64,000 nt of DNA, taken from Macrostomum lignano (Eukaryota). The stretch lies in contig NIVC01002133.1 of NCBI GenBank assembly GCA_002269645.1, positions 62,001-126,000 on the forward strand, given 5' to 3'. Shown here piece after piece: positions 34,393-48,870 of the stretch (its first letter is position 1; each line of letters begins with the position of its first letter). A program made the translations under genes and the position numbers. Below the pieces are notes generated by a model. That model ran no database searches. It was given only the letters and a program-made list of their open reading frames with translations, and was not told the DNA's origin.

Positions 34393-36600
34393 AGCATCTA
34401 AATACATTTCATACTGTATACATCGCTGTCAATGAAGGACCATGCAACTTTTTACATTGCTTTCTACTCAATGTATAAGCCAATAACTCGCTTGTCTGCT
34501 GTTAAGAATTGAGGGCCGAGGGCTCTAAATAACTCTGAGCAGCTTTCCTGTGAGTGTCTGGACTCGGCTGTAGCCATGGCAGGTTGCCTTGAGCTGCATA
34601 TTTATTAGACTGCATTCGCCAATTAATGGATTTGTCTGCTCGCGGGACCGCCCGCCACGCCCCGTGCTTTGGGCTCTGGTGGCCCCGTCAATTGATTCGG
34701 GGGCCCGAAAGGCCAGACAGAAAAGGCAGGAGTTGAATCTGCGTCTGCACAAAGCATCGAAACACTTCATGTGCGCGCATGGAGAGTTGCCAGGGCCTGC
34801 TGCCCCGCCCTCCTGTGAGGTGGTGCAGCTCTCTGTGCTCAACTATGATGCAGCACAATTAACTGTTGCTGGCTGCTTGTTGCCTCTGCATTGTTGAGAT
34901 GAGCCACTCCTGCCACTCCAGCCCCCCACTCTTACCCTGGGGGTTTCCCATGACTTCTTGACAAAGGCGCTGTTCTCATGGTGCTGACAATGGCTTAGCG
35001 GGGGGTTAGAGACGCTCGGCCACCGCTCAATGTGTGACACCTTTGATGGACAGGCCTGTGAGAGCGAGTCCGAGTCAAAGAGCCAGGGTATACAGGGCAT
35101 ACCTCCAGTCCGCGCAGGGCCTCTTGAGCCACCCTGCCGGGCTAATTACTGCCGCTGACTGTCAGCGACAAGAGAGCAGTCCAGCGCTTCTCACGAGTTC
35201 ACCTTCTCTTCTACAGCTGAGCTCCCGTTCAAGCAGGGGGGACTGACTGCCGGCTGCTGCAGCCACCCACTTTGCCGCGGCTGACTGATGAGAGCTGTCA
35301 ACCTGACAGCCACCGCGGCCGCTGATTCGCGGGCGGTCCCGCCTTCCCAGCCTCCTCATCAGCGTCATCACGATTTGAGCCCTTTTTGTCCGGCTCTCAG
35401 GCGTGAGACCATGGACTCCCGCTGAGTCGGTTGCTGCCAAATTGCCGTTGCTTTTAGTAGACGCAATTGGCTCTGCAATTTGCCCGACCAGGCGGTCGCT
35501 TTCCGGCCACCAACCCCCCCCCCCCCTATTTTCGAGTCCCCGACTTCGCCACTCAACTTTGGTCTGTCTCGGCGAGATTCCCATGAGCCCTCGAGTCAGC
35601 GGAGGCTGTCTCGTCTAGACATAATAGAGTATAAGTTCGCGCTCAACAAGGTGCGCCCTGCATTTGCATGTGCGATTATCAGCAAGTACTGTCACACTAT
35701 ACAGCAAAACCCGCGTGTTCGGTAGTGGACCACGGGCTGGGGGCGTTTCGTGAGCTCAAAATTTCATATTCATCGAAAAGAATTGCTTGGCAGTTGCCAT
35801 TTCCGTTAGTTTAAAACTTCACTGGTAACGGAAACTTTGTTCACTTTTAAATATTCCAGTGGCCCTGAAATATAATGAAATACATTAAAATAGGCGAATT
35901 CTCGTTTTGATTGTCCATTCCACATTCTATGCTTGTCGAGCCTGTGGCCTGGCTTGAATGTCCACGGCATCCCGTTTTGATTTTCCAAACTCCCATTTAG
36001 ATCGTTAACTGACTGTTTTAAGCGCTTTAGTTAATATTAGTTTTTTATTGAAATGAATCTAAAAACAACTTCAAAGAACGCCTCTGATTTCGCATTGAAT
36101 TTGTTGTATTGTATAGTTTTAGTGCAGCTGCACTCACGGCACACGAACGCCTTGGGCGGGGGGAGTACAGTACGTATGCACCACAGTCAGGATCAGGGGT
36201 AGCGATCTCTAAAAGAAGTACAGAAAAACAATGTTAGCACACAAGCAAACGAGAGGCATGCAAACAGCAAGCAGAAGATACAAAATGAGCAAATAATAAC
36301 ATTCAATGTGTTAAGTTGTCGGCCCGGTTGCTACAAAAATTGATAAATATTCGCGAGCACCGCAGTCGAAGTTGAACAAAAATAGAAAACGCACAAAACG
36401 CTAAAAATATTGGAAGCGAATACGATAGAAAAACAAAAATTAAATTTATATTTAAAGAAATTTTCGCCCATATATATTTGGCAATTCTACGTGAGCTTTG
36501 TCGCAGTTCAGAATCAGCGGCTGCATTGAGAGTTCTGTTCATTTTAAGCTCGTGTGTTATCAAAGTCCGCAGTCTCCCAGCATCCCTGGCGGCGTCATCA

Positions 36601-36875
36601 TCACAAATTGAGCAGCTCGGCAGACTGGAACATGTCAATCACCAGCCTGTCGATTGGCATGGAACCGACGCTGGCCTTGAAGAACAGCGTCTGGATGGTG
36701 TCCGGCGACACCGCGCGGAGCGCCGGCATCAGGCAGAGCAGCAGCTTGCCGAAGCGGAACACCCGGTCCGGGTAGGCCGCCTCGATGTGTTGGCTGAGTG
36801 CCAACTGCGCCTGCTCATGTAGCTGGGACACCTGCCCGGCCTCCTGCAGCTGCGGCTCCGGCTGCCCGCCTGCGC
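36601..36875 (-). CDS. NR2E1: tailless/TLX nuclear receptor, exon 5 (end of LBD: ...RFGKLLLCLMPALR...LFFKASVGSMPIDRLVIDMFQS...)
   Basis: NR2E C-terminal motif; two in-frame acceptors 6 nt apart (exon starts 36875 or 36869) behind a ctaac branch-point-like motif; TGA at 36603-36601. Confidence 0.92.
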
Positions 36876-36894
36876 CTGCGGTTGGGTGGTTAGG

Positions 36895-38663
<1,769 letters not shown>

Positions 38664-39004
38664 CCCTTGGGCGTTCATCATAGTTCCAAGGTGCTCTGTG
38701 GCCAATTCTGCAACACTTCAGTAGAACAGTAGATTCGAATCAACTCGGAGAAGTTTCGAAGCCGAGAAACCCCAACTGCCGCACGAGACTTTATTGGGGG
38801 CGGAGCCGGGGGCAGTTGAAATCCGACCGCTGCCCAGCCTTAATTATGCCCCCCCCCCGACTCGGAGACCAAAGTGAAAAGGAAAGCGAGCCTCTTCACT
38901 GTGCATTAAGTTGCCTATCTATAAATCAATCTCGCAGCCGTTTCTCCCATCAACACCTGCCGCCCTCCCCACCGCCCCAGGGCCCGACAGCGCCCGCCAC
39001 TTAC

Positions 39005-40177
39005 AGCTGGGCGGCCTGAACAAGGCGACGCCTTTCAGACAGGCGAACTCCGTAGCGTCCAGCTCCAAGGCGCGAAACTTGTCCAGCAGCCCCTCCAGGG
39101 CGCGCGCCTCATCCGCCAGCGTCGACTGCTGCCGCTCCTCGTTGTCCTCGTCGGCGGCTCCGACGGCGCGCAGCAGCGCCTCGGCGCTGACCGGTAGCTG
39201 CAGCTGCACGGCGGACAGCAGGAACAGGTCGCGCCAGTTGCTGCGCAGCAGGGCCAGCTGATCCGCCTGCGGCAGGGCCGCGAAGGCCGGCACCGCTCGC
39301 AGCCAGCGGGCGTTCAGGAACAGCAGGCGAGCGGCCAGCTCGCAGGCCATGCGGGCCGGGTCCCAGCCCGCAGCTGCTGCAGCGGCGGCAGTGGCGGCAG
39401 CGTCGGCACCGTCCGCAGTCGCCGCACTTGATGAAGACGGCGAAGATGGGGCGGCCGCGGCGGTGGTGGCGAGGATCGGCAGCGGCGACGGCAGCGACAG
39501 GGTCGGTGGCGGCGGTGGCTGCGGAATCGACAGCGGAAGTGGCAGCGAAAAGGGCGGCTTCGACGACGTCAACGGCTGCTGCGCTTTGCCCCCTCCGCTG
39601 GAGGAAGAAGTGGCTGCGGCGGCGGCAGCGGCGGCCAGAAGTGCCGGTGGCAGCGGCAGCGGCAGGGGGTAGCGGGGCACGGGCTGGTAGGGAAAGCCGG
39701 ACGCGGCAGCGGCAGCGGCAGCCGCAGCAGACTGCTGCTGCATCTGGTGCAGCTGATGCATCTGGTGAAGCTGATGAAGCTGCTGCAGCTGATGAAGCTG
39801 AGTGAGATGATGGTGCGGCGTCATCTGCGACTGTGTCGGAGTTGAACTTGATAGCGGCAGCGATGGCAGCGCCTGCGACGGCAGGTGCATCAGAGACGGC
39901 TGCGAGTTGCTGCCAGCTGTCGAACTCTGCGTTGGCGAAGTGACGGACGCGGAGGCGGCGGCGGCAGCTGCGGCAGCTGCGGCAGCGGCGGCAATGGCGG
40001 CTGATGAGGCGTGGCCCATGCCCGAGCCGACGCCGCTGCTGATGCCGCTGTCGCCGACGCTGCCGATGCTGCCGGTGGCGGAGGAGATCGCGGAGGCGGC
40101 GGCCGCGGCCTCGCGGATGTACAGCGCCACCTGACGCCGCAGGGTGGCGTTGCGCGGTCCGCGCTCGTGCTGCACGG
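39005..40177 (-). CDS. NR2E1: tailless/TLX nuclear receptor, exon 4 (AVQHERGPRNATLRRQVALY, low-complexity hinge, LBD start)
   Basis: The T-box sequence AVQHERGPR is diagnostic of NR2E; LBD motif ELAARLLFLNARW...F..L...DQ..LL...W..LFLL; ttccag| acceptor and T|gtaagt donor. Confidence 0.93.
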
Positions 40178-41098
40178 CTGGAATGGGGGATCGGGGCGGA
40201 GGGACTGCAGGTGCGAGTGGCTGGCGAGTAGCAAAAACGGTGGCGTCATTGCGTGTCAAGGAGAGCGGCCTGAGGAGGAGGGGAGGAAGTCGATTAAAAA
40301 CGCAAGGCTTGGACAGGGGCAGGGGGGCTCTGAGCACTTGTCTCCGCTCAGTTACAGCAGCGGCCGCCGGGCTTGCCTATCTCAGGCCTGGGGAGTCGCA
40401 TTTCAGCTCTCGTGCGCCTCCGCTCGCTTCCGGTGCGTCTCAAACTTTCAGTACTGAATTTTTCTTGGCATCTCGGAGATGAGGCGGGAAGGCAGCTGGC
40501 AGCAGCTGGCGAGATGGCCAGATAAACTGTTTCTAAGCCCTGACAAGCAGGCATGCCAATCAGCTCAAGCATGTCTTAGGTTTAGGCTTAGGGTTGAATT
40601 CTATCTGAAATTGCCTGCATCTTTATGGGACTCTTCATTTTAAAATAGAGCAAAACTACTCCGTAAAGCAAAACGCTGAAAGAGTGACACGTATCTTTAT
40701 TCTACCTACCGACTCAGGGGAGCTGAGCAGCCAGGCATAGCAACAAAAATTATGTTCCCGCACCGCCTGTGCAACTCGACTCTCTGAGACAAAATTGTGC
40801 ATTGTTGACTAACTGATTTCAGTGCCTTCTTTCTACAGACCCCAGTCCCATTTCTCCAGCCAAGGCTTCTTAATAAGAGTTGCGCTGAGGTTACCCTGGG
40901 TCCTGGCCCCCTGCTGTGCGAGCTGGCGTGCTGGCCACTCCGCCATCCAGACAGGAGGGCCCGAGACTCTGCTCAGCTTCAATGGGGGCAGTATTATGCT
41001 TTTGAAGTGGGCTTCAGGCTCCCCTCATCTTGATTGTGTAGCATTGGAATACGAGCGTAGTTAAGTTTCAAGTTCTGTCCATGCGTGGGCTCTGGCCC

Positions 41099-41500
41099 TC
41101 AGTCAGTCAGTCAGTCAGTCAGTCAGTCAATCAGTCAGTCAGTCAGTCAGTCAGTCAGTCAGTCAGTCAGTCAGTCAGTCAGTCAGTCAGTCAGTCAGTC
41201 AGTCAGTCAGTCAGGCAGTCAGTCAGTCAGTCAGTCAGGCAGTCAGTCAGTCAGTCAGTCAGTCAGTCAGTCAGTCAGTCAGTCAGTCAGTCAGTCAGTC
41301 AGTCAATCAGTCAGTCAGTCAATCAGGCAGTCAGTCAGTCAGGCAGTCAGTCAGTCAGTCAGTCAATCAGGCAGTCAGTCAGTCAGTCAGTCAGTCAGTC
41401 AGTCAGTCAGTCAGTCAGTCAGTCAGTCAGTCAGTCAGTCAGTCAGTCAGTCAGTCAGTCAGTCAGTCAGTCAGTCAGTCAGTCAGTCAGTCAGTCAGTC

Positions 41501-41532
<32 letters not shown>

Positions 41533-41546
41533 AGTCAGTCAGTCAA
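41099..41546. repeat. (TCAG)n microsatellite in tailless intron 3
   Basis: About 110 units. Confidence 0.97.
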
Positions 41547-41959
41547 TCTTTACACAAGAATTAAACGCCGCAGCATGTGTGTACACAGTTTCATTGGGGT
41601 GAGATCCAACAGAGTGGACTCACAAGAGCTGCTTGACACACTCCTAAAAGAGCCCCCTCCCTCTTGTTCACACGTCATCCGACCCGTCAGTGCCAAGATT
41701 TGTCATGTCAAATTCGACAATAAGAAAGGATAGAGCCAACAGATTCAATGAGACAGGGGGGTCACTGTGTGCTCTGAGGGTGGCTGCCTTTCTGCGCTAC
41801 CGGCTGCTCTGTTTGCTCAGCGCTGGGGAGGCCGTTCGCCTGTTTTGATTCTCACACCTCAGACCCCCTCCCTCGACTCGAATGAACGGTCCGAGTTTTT
41901 CGTTGGAAGCCGACAATTCACTGGCGACTCGCTGCGGTGTCTATTTCGTCGGCCCCCTT

Positions 41960-42825
41960 TCTCTGTCTCCCTTGTCTACCTCTCTCGCCTCACTCTCTCC
42001 CTTGCCTACCTCTCTCCGTCACTGTCTCCCTTGCCTACCTCTCTCGCCTCACTGTCTCCCTTGCCTACCTCTCTCCGTCACTGTCTCCCTTGCCTACCTC
42101 TCTCGTCTCACTGTCTCCCTTGCCTACCTCTCTCCGTCACTGTCTCCCTTGCCTACCTCTCTCGTCTCACTGTCTCCCTTGCCTACCTCTCTCGCCTCTC
42201 TCGCCTCACTGTCTCCCTTGCCTACCTCTCTCCGTCACTGTCTCCCTTGCCTACCTCTCTCGCCTCACTGTCTCCCTTGCCTACCTCTCTCGCCTCACTG
42301 TCTCCCTTGCCTACTTCACCTCCCGTCACTGTCTTTCTTGCCTACTTCTCTCCTCTCACTGTCTCCCTTGCCTACCTCTCTCCGTTGCCTACCTCTCTCG
42401 CCTCACTGTCTCCCTTGCCTACCTCACCTCCCGTCACTGTCTCCCTTGCCTACTTCTCTCCCCTCGCTCTCTCTTTCTCTTGCCTACCTCTCTCGTCTCA
42501 CTGTCTCCCTTGCCTACCTCTCTCGCCTCTCTCGCCTCACTGTCTCCCTTGCCTACCTCTCTCCGTCACTGTCTCCCTTGCCTACCTCTCTCGCCTCACT
42601 GTCTCCCTTGCCTACCTCTCTCGCCTCACTGTCTCCCTTGCCTACTTCACCTCCCGTCACTGTCTTTCTTGCCTACTTCTCTCCTCTCACTGTCTCCCTT
42701 GCCTACCTCTCTCCGTTGCCTACCTCTCTCGCCTCACTGTCTCCCTTGCCTACCTCACCTCCCGTCACTGTCTCCCTTGCCTACTTCTCTCCCCTCGCTC
42801 TCTCTTTCTCTTGCCTACCTCTCTC
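41960..42825. repeat. 30-bp pyrimidine-rich minisatellite (tctcccttgcctacctctctcgcctcactg) with a ~330-bp higher-order duplication
   Basis: The same variant units recur at 42310 and 42641. Confidence 0.92.
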
Positions 42826-44296
42826 TATCCCGCCTACTTCTCTTATCTGCCTCCTCTCTCTCATTCCCTCCATCGAACTCATGGTTCCCGCTCAAGCCAG
42901 CCAGCAACAAGGTAAAGTGCAAAGCAGTTTAGAAAAAACATTTTGCCCTGTCATGAATCACCCAGCCCAGCTCCCAAGCGCTGCAACCCGAAGCCCATAC
43001 AAGCAAGACCCTGCGTCTGCGTGCTCTCCAACTGCCCAGTCTGAATTTCTGCAGTTCCATCTGTCTCAAAGCCCTTAAAAGACCTTAAAAGCAAAGATAG
43101 ATTCAAAACTATTTTTAAACAAAAATAAGACAAATTTTCTTTCAATTTTTACTCCTGGTTGCAGCGAAGACCCACACAGATTTGCAGACGGCAGTTTGAG
43201 TTAAAAAAATATAAGAAGCGGCCCTCCCCCCGTGGCCATCATCTCACAGCTCCAAGCAGCGGCTGCATGGTTGACAGTGACTGACTTGTCTGACTGGCCA
43301 CCCCCCCCCCAGCTCGCTGTCAAAGTCAACAACAATTTTCCACTAGCTACTCAGATATGACGGCTCTGTTATTTATAGCTATAAATGGAGAGAAGAGAGA
43401 ATTACTTTGCCAGTTTTTGTTCTTTGTGTGAATAGGAAGGCAGGCACTGGGCAGGGCAGGGGCCGGGCGCTCGACAAATTCTCGTGAGAAAAGGCAAAAT
43501 GCAAAGTCAGCAATGAGCTGCACAATTCTTATTGTGGCCAGTGAAGGGCTCACTGATTCAGTGTCTGCAGCTACCTTAGCTAACCTGCCACCCTATACCT
43601 ACCACCGACCATGGGCCTCACAGAGCAGGCACTTCACCTGTCAGGCCAGCTGTCAAACCGAAATGATGGAATAAGAAAGAGTTGAAGAAGAGAACGCAAA
43701 GAGCTAAAAAAATTGACAATCAAAAAAGACTCGGCAGGGGTTGTTAGGAACTCCAGCCAGTCCCTCCTACGCAGCGGTCTCAACACTGCTGAGTTCGACT
43801 GGGGACCAACAAGTGGCCAGCACAATTCTCCCCAGGGGGAGCCGTCCACTTGTCTTTCTACTCCCATAAAAAAGCGACTTTGGTATCCGTGGCTTCTTGT
43901 TGCTTCAGTCTCTGTTCTGTGATTGCTCGCGATGACAAATTCACAATGATTTATGCCTGCTCTCATTCTGTTAAACAGCTCAATGCGGGAACAGAGGACA
44001 ATGCATATAGGTAGTGTCTGAGCGTCTGCTCTGATAACAATGAACTTAATAGAATTTGCCCTCACTGTGCCTTTTAGCCCAGTCAATTCTGTTGGCAGAT
44101 CAAGCGGGGCTTAAGTGGCTTGTTGCTGCCTGCCTGTCTCCAGCCTGTCTGTCTGTGTCTGTCTGTCTGTCTGTCTCATTCACACTCGTCTTTTCTTTTG
44201 CCAAATCCCTAAGAAACAACAAGAATGTTTATCTTAGCGACTCGACTCAAAGCGGGTAGGCACCTTGAGGGTGCAGTGAGCAGTCTGCAGACTTAC

Positions 44297-44451
44297 CGTC
44301 TTTGTTCATGCCGGCTTCGACGCATTTCTTGAGTCGGCAGGCGCGGCACTGGTTGCGATGCGTCTTGTCGATGACGCACTCGCCTTGGCCGCGGGACTTG
44401 CACACGTACTGCCGGTTGCGGCGGATGGAGCGCTTGAAGAATCCCGCGCAC
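44297..44451 (-). CDS. NR2E1: tailless/TLX nuclear receptor, exon 3 ([51 protein letters not shown])
   Basis: Zinc finger with the extended D-box typical of tll/TLX; canonical splice sites, phases 2 and 1. Confidence 0.96.
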
Positions 44452-44494
44452 CTGGACGGAGGTTTCGGGGCGGATTTGCGGTTGGAATTTGGGC

Positions 44495-44625
44495 GGATTT
44501 CCAGTCGGGTTAAGGGGCGGATTTCCAGTCGGGTTAAGGGGCGGATTTCCAGTCGGGTTAAGGGGCGGATTTCCAGTCGGGTTAAGGGGCGGATTTCCAG
44601 TCGGGTTAAGGGGCGGATTTCCAGA
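44495..44625. repeat. 24-bp minisatellite (ggcggatttccagtcgggttaagg) x5, filling most of tailless intron 2
   Basis: Starts within ~10 nt of the donor at 44632. Confidence 0.93.
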
Positions 44626-44632
44626 CACTCAC

Positions 44633-44714
44633 CCGTCGCAGGCGTAGATGCCGTAGTGCTTGCCGCTGCTGTGGTCGCGACACACCCGGCATGGCACGTC
44701 CATGAGGATGCGAC
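44633..44714 (-). CDS. NR2E1: tailless/TLX nuclear receptor, exon 2 ([28 protein letters not shown])
   Basis: First zinc finger nearly identical to the recalled Drosophila tll sequence ([22 protein letters not shown]). Confidence 0.96.
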
Positions 44715-45491
44715 CTGCGGAATGCATTGGCGGCGACAAGTTCAGTTTACTGACTTACAACTTGTAATAACTGGATAGCCAGCTTCAAGTATTCATGCTA
44801 TGGCTGGGTATGGATACAGCGAGCTCAGTTACCTGTATTCTGCGACCTGCACAAATCGTGTACCTGAGTTTGCCCACTGCACCATCGCTATTCTCACAGT
44901 CCCATAGTGACTCAGTCTGTCCCATCAAAGCCATATAGCCATTAAAATGCAGAACTGCATGTGTAAAAGACGCGAGTCAAAAGTGGTAAAAGGTAACAAA
45001 CAAAATTAAATTGTATGTGAAACTGCTTTTTACATCTGCTGGCTGTTGGCTGTGGCGGCGAGTTAGTTAACTTTTGGCTTGTTGGAAAGGATGAGAAAGA
45101 AGGACCACAGCTCACACCCGCTGTCATAAACTGTGTTTTGTTGCTTTCGCTGTTGACCTGCGCTCATGTCTGCTTTTATTTGACACTCAAGTTAATGGTC
45201 CCTCAGCGCCGCATTGAGACAATACAGTGCCAGTGAGCCCACCAGATACTGCCTGCCTTTACCTTGCACCTTGTGCTTTGGTGAGAACAGACAACACCAC
45301 CCTGTCGTAAAATGTGTTGCATAAAAAATTAATAGATATGATTTGGTAGCCAAGTGTGTTTAGTGGACTCTGGTTATACACGGTAGCTTTGGTTGCTTGT
45401 TTAGCGATATTCCCTGTTCTTAGAATGAGCCCCGAGAGTTCACAGCAGCACAGAAGTTATCAAAGTTGCAGTCAACAACTCATCAACTTAC

Positions 45492-45621
45492 TCGATGGGG
45501 TCACGGAAGTCGGAGACGAGTGCCGCTGCTGCTGGTGGTGCAGGTGGTGCTGGTGCGCTTCGCCGCTCACCTTGCCGGTGGGCGTCGAGTTTGTCGGAGT
45601 CAGCGAGCTGATGGATGTCAT
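45492..45621 (-). CDS. NR2E1: tailless/TLX nuclear receptor, exon 1 (MTSISSLTPTNSTPTGK...HQHHLHHQQQRH...)
   Basis: gccgccATG start and A|gtaagt donor; phase 1 gives AGT (Ser) and restores SRIL. The five exons total 1815 nt (604 aa). Confidence 0.85.
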
Positions 45622-46754
45622 GGCGGCTTCGTGGTTAGAGAGAGAGAGAAGAGAAGAGAGTCGAGCTCAGGTTCGGGTCTGGAGGCGCTGGCACCTACAG
45701 GTCTCAGTCTCTGTCTGTCTGTCTCTCAAGGTGGCTCTCGGCGGGCCCTGATTTTAATTGACACCGCGGCCAAAGAGTTTGACACCAACCCCAAAAAGGC
45801 CGCCGCAACCCGCACCCAACCCCAACCCCTTAGCCGCTCCTGCTGGCGTTGCCTGGGGTGGAGCTGGGTTGGGGGCCTCGGAGACCTGCTCCAAGCATCA
45901 TTGGCTGTTTGCGAACCAATGGGCTGCCGTCCCCCTCTCTCTCTGCTCTCTCCATTAAGCCCCGGCGGATGTGTGCGGCTGGGTGTTAATTAACAAAACT
46001 TTTACAAACGCTTAACATGCATGCTGCCTGTCTACACCGCTACTGCTGGGCCCCCCTCCTCCCTCATCGCCCAGCCTCTCCGCTTGCGCAATCCGAGTCG
46101 GTCCGGGCTATCAGGGGGGATTTTTTAGTGTTTTCTCCCCGAGAATTGGAGCAAAACAATTGTGTGCCCCCGGGGCCCGCCGAGGGAGAGTCGCAGATGG
46201 AGCGAAGGAGAATCTGGGAGAGTCTGGGAGCGGGCAACAACAAAGAGGTCGCGCCACTTATTATTATTATAACTGGGACCCCCGGTAACTGTTCGGGTGA
46301 AAGTTTGCCGGGGCCACTCAATGTTGCAAACAGCCAGCCGGGACACCCGCAGGCGCCTTCGCCATCAACCTCGGGGGCCACTCAGCGCCGCAGCAGCCAA
46401 GGGCTTGGCGGGCCTCTCTGCCAGCTCTCCAGCTGTGTTGCTAGGTCGGGTCCTGGGGCAATTGGCAGGACCATGCAGCAGTCCTTTTGGGGGTTCAAGA
46501 GGACTTTCCAATTCTTTGGGGCCAAATCTGACAATTATGAGAGCAACAGATGAGAGATGAATAGCGGAGGTGCAGCGCCCAGGTGTCTTTTTTGAGGCAG
46601 TTTCAGCCAAACTCTTTGAATCCGACTCCCCTTCTACTTCACTTTTAATTTCTCAGCCATGCCTCTCCCGTCTTCTCACTCTGCGGCTCCTCTTTGCCAC
46701 TTCTCACTCCGGTCTCTGCTTATCTTCGTGCTTCTCCACGTGCCTCATAGTTCT

Positions 46755-47315
46755 TCCTCTCTCCCTCATGTCTGCCTTCCCCTCCCCCCTCTCTCCCTCA
46801 TGTCTGCCTTCCCCTCCCCCTCTCTCCCTCATATCTGCCTTCCCCTCCCCCTCTCTCCCTCATATCTGCCTTCCCCTCCCCCTCTCTCCCTCATGTCTGC
46901 CTTCCCCTCCCCCCTCTCTCCCTCATGTCTGCCTTCCCCTCCCCCCTCTCTCCCTCATGTCTGCATTCCTCTCCCCCTCTCTCCCTCATATCTGCATTCC
47001 CCTCTCCCCCTCTCTCCCTCATCTCTGCCTTCCCCTCTCTCCCTCTCTCCCTCATCTCTCCCTTCCCCTCCCCCTCTCTCCCTCATCTCTGCCTTCCCCT
47101 CTCCCCCTCTCTCCCTCATCTCTGCCTTCCCCTCTCTCCCTCTCTCCCTCATCTCTCCCTTCCCCTCCCCCTCTCTCCCTCATCTCTGCCTTCCCCTCTC
47201 TCCCTCTCTCCCTCATCTCTCCCTTCCCCCCCTCTCTCCCTCATATCTGCATTCCCCTCTCCCCCTCTCTCCCTCATCTCTGCCTTCCCCTCTCTCCCTC
47301 TCTCCCTCATCTCTG
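46755..47315. repeat. CT-rich ~30-bp polypyrimidine/polypurine minisatellite upstream of tailless
   Basis: ctctccctcatctctgccttcccctcccc-type units. Confidence 0.9.
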
Positions 47316-47821
47316 TCCATCTCTCCCCTTTCGTCTCTATCCCATATCTATTTCTTTGTCCGTTAATTATCATTTAATTTTTTTCTTTTTCTTCAAGTGC
47401 TTCCATCTTTAGTTTCCCCTAACGAGCAGCCTACGCATTAGTTGAACTTTCATAAACAAAGCAGGACTGTTTTAAGCAGCAGTTTAAAAACTGAAGAGCT
47501 GAACTATTAACCTATAGATGGCGCTTTCCGATGCTATCCAGCCACTGTGTTGCGTCAGCTAGCATTGTTAACAGGCGGCATAGCAACCGCATGGAAACGC
47601 GCTATATTCGCACACACACATGGCAATGGGTGCAGTGACAGCCGTGCATCCGCAGGAGGCAGACTATTCAGCCCCATATTTCGCCGCCCTCGGACTTACC
47701 TGACAGACATGCGGAGTCGCGCACAGTTCATTCCTGTTCGGACGCAATCAGAGCATTGTCTCCGAGCGCCTCAGAGGCCCTGACCACTCATTGTCAACAA
47801 CTGCCTGCCCCCACCCAACAG

Positions 47822-47838
47822 CTGTCAATCATAAATCA
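47822..47838 (-). promoter_or_regulatory. Composite TALE/Hox site TGATTTATGATTGACAG, 2.2 kb upstream of the tailless ATG
   Basis: Exact PBX-MEIS/PREP decamer TGATTGACAG fused to a PBX-HOX TGATTTAT site. Confidence 0.45.
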
Positions 47839-48039
47839 TACTGCAGGGCTGCAAACAATTAGAAAGTTGAAAGGGAAAGGTGATTTAGTGGCCTGCCTGC
47901 CATGACCTTCGTGTCATCAGAGGATGTGCGACTTGTGATCGCGTGTCGACAGTAGCAATCAAGTAAAGATCCCATTTCCTGCCTGCCTCATGAAAAATTA
48001 TAAATTTGTGATTAAACATTGCTGATCCCCGACCGAAAC

Positions 48040-48870
48040 ACTCAGTCACAGATCTATGAAATCCTCAGTCACAGATCTCTGAAATCCTCAGTCACAGATC
48101 TCTGAAATCCTCAGTCACAGATCTCTGAACTCCTCAGTCACAGATCTCTGAAATCCTCAGTCACAGATCTCTGAAATCCTCAGTCACAGATCTCTGAAAT
48201 CCTCAGTCACAGATCTCTGAAATCCTCAGTCACAGATCTCTGAAATCCTCAGTCACAGATCTCTGAAATCCTCAGTCACAGATCTCTGAAATCCTCAGTC
48301 ACAGATCTCTGAAATCCTCAGTCACAGATCTCTGAAATCCTCAGTCACAGATCTCTGAAATCCTCAGTCACAGATCTCTGAAATCCTCAGTCACAGATCT
48401 CTGAATTCCTCAGTCACAGATCTCTGAAATCCTCAGTCACAGATCTATGAAATCTCCAGTCACAGATCTCTGAAATCCTCAGTCACAGATCACTGAAATC
48501 CTCAGTCACAGATCACTGAAATCCTCAGTCACAGATCTCTGAAATCCTCAGTCACAGATCTCTGAAATCCTCAGTCACAGATCTCTGAAATCCTCAGTCA
48601 CAGATCTCTGAACTCCTCAGTCACAGATCTCTGAAATCCTCAGTCACAGATCTCTGAAATCCTCAGTCACAGATCTCTGAAATCCTCAGTCACAGATCTC
48701 TGAAATCCTCAGTCACAGATCTCTGAAATCCTCAGTCACAGATCTCTGAAATCCTCAGTCACAGATCTCTGAAATCCTCAGTCACAGATCTATGAAATCT
48801 CCAGTCACAGATCTCTGAAATCCTCAGTCACAGATCTCTCAAATCTCCAGTCACAGATCTCTGAAGACTC
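48040..48870. repeat. 23-bp minisatellite (gaaatcctcagtcacagatctct), ~36 copies
   Basis: Highly homogeneous tandem array. Confidence 0.97.

Noticed and set aside
40575-40597. Telomere-like ttaggtttaggcttagggtt
   Set aside because: Only about three degenerate units; expected by chance.
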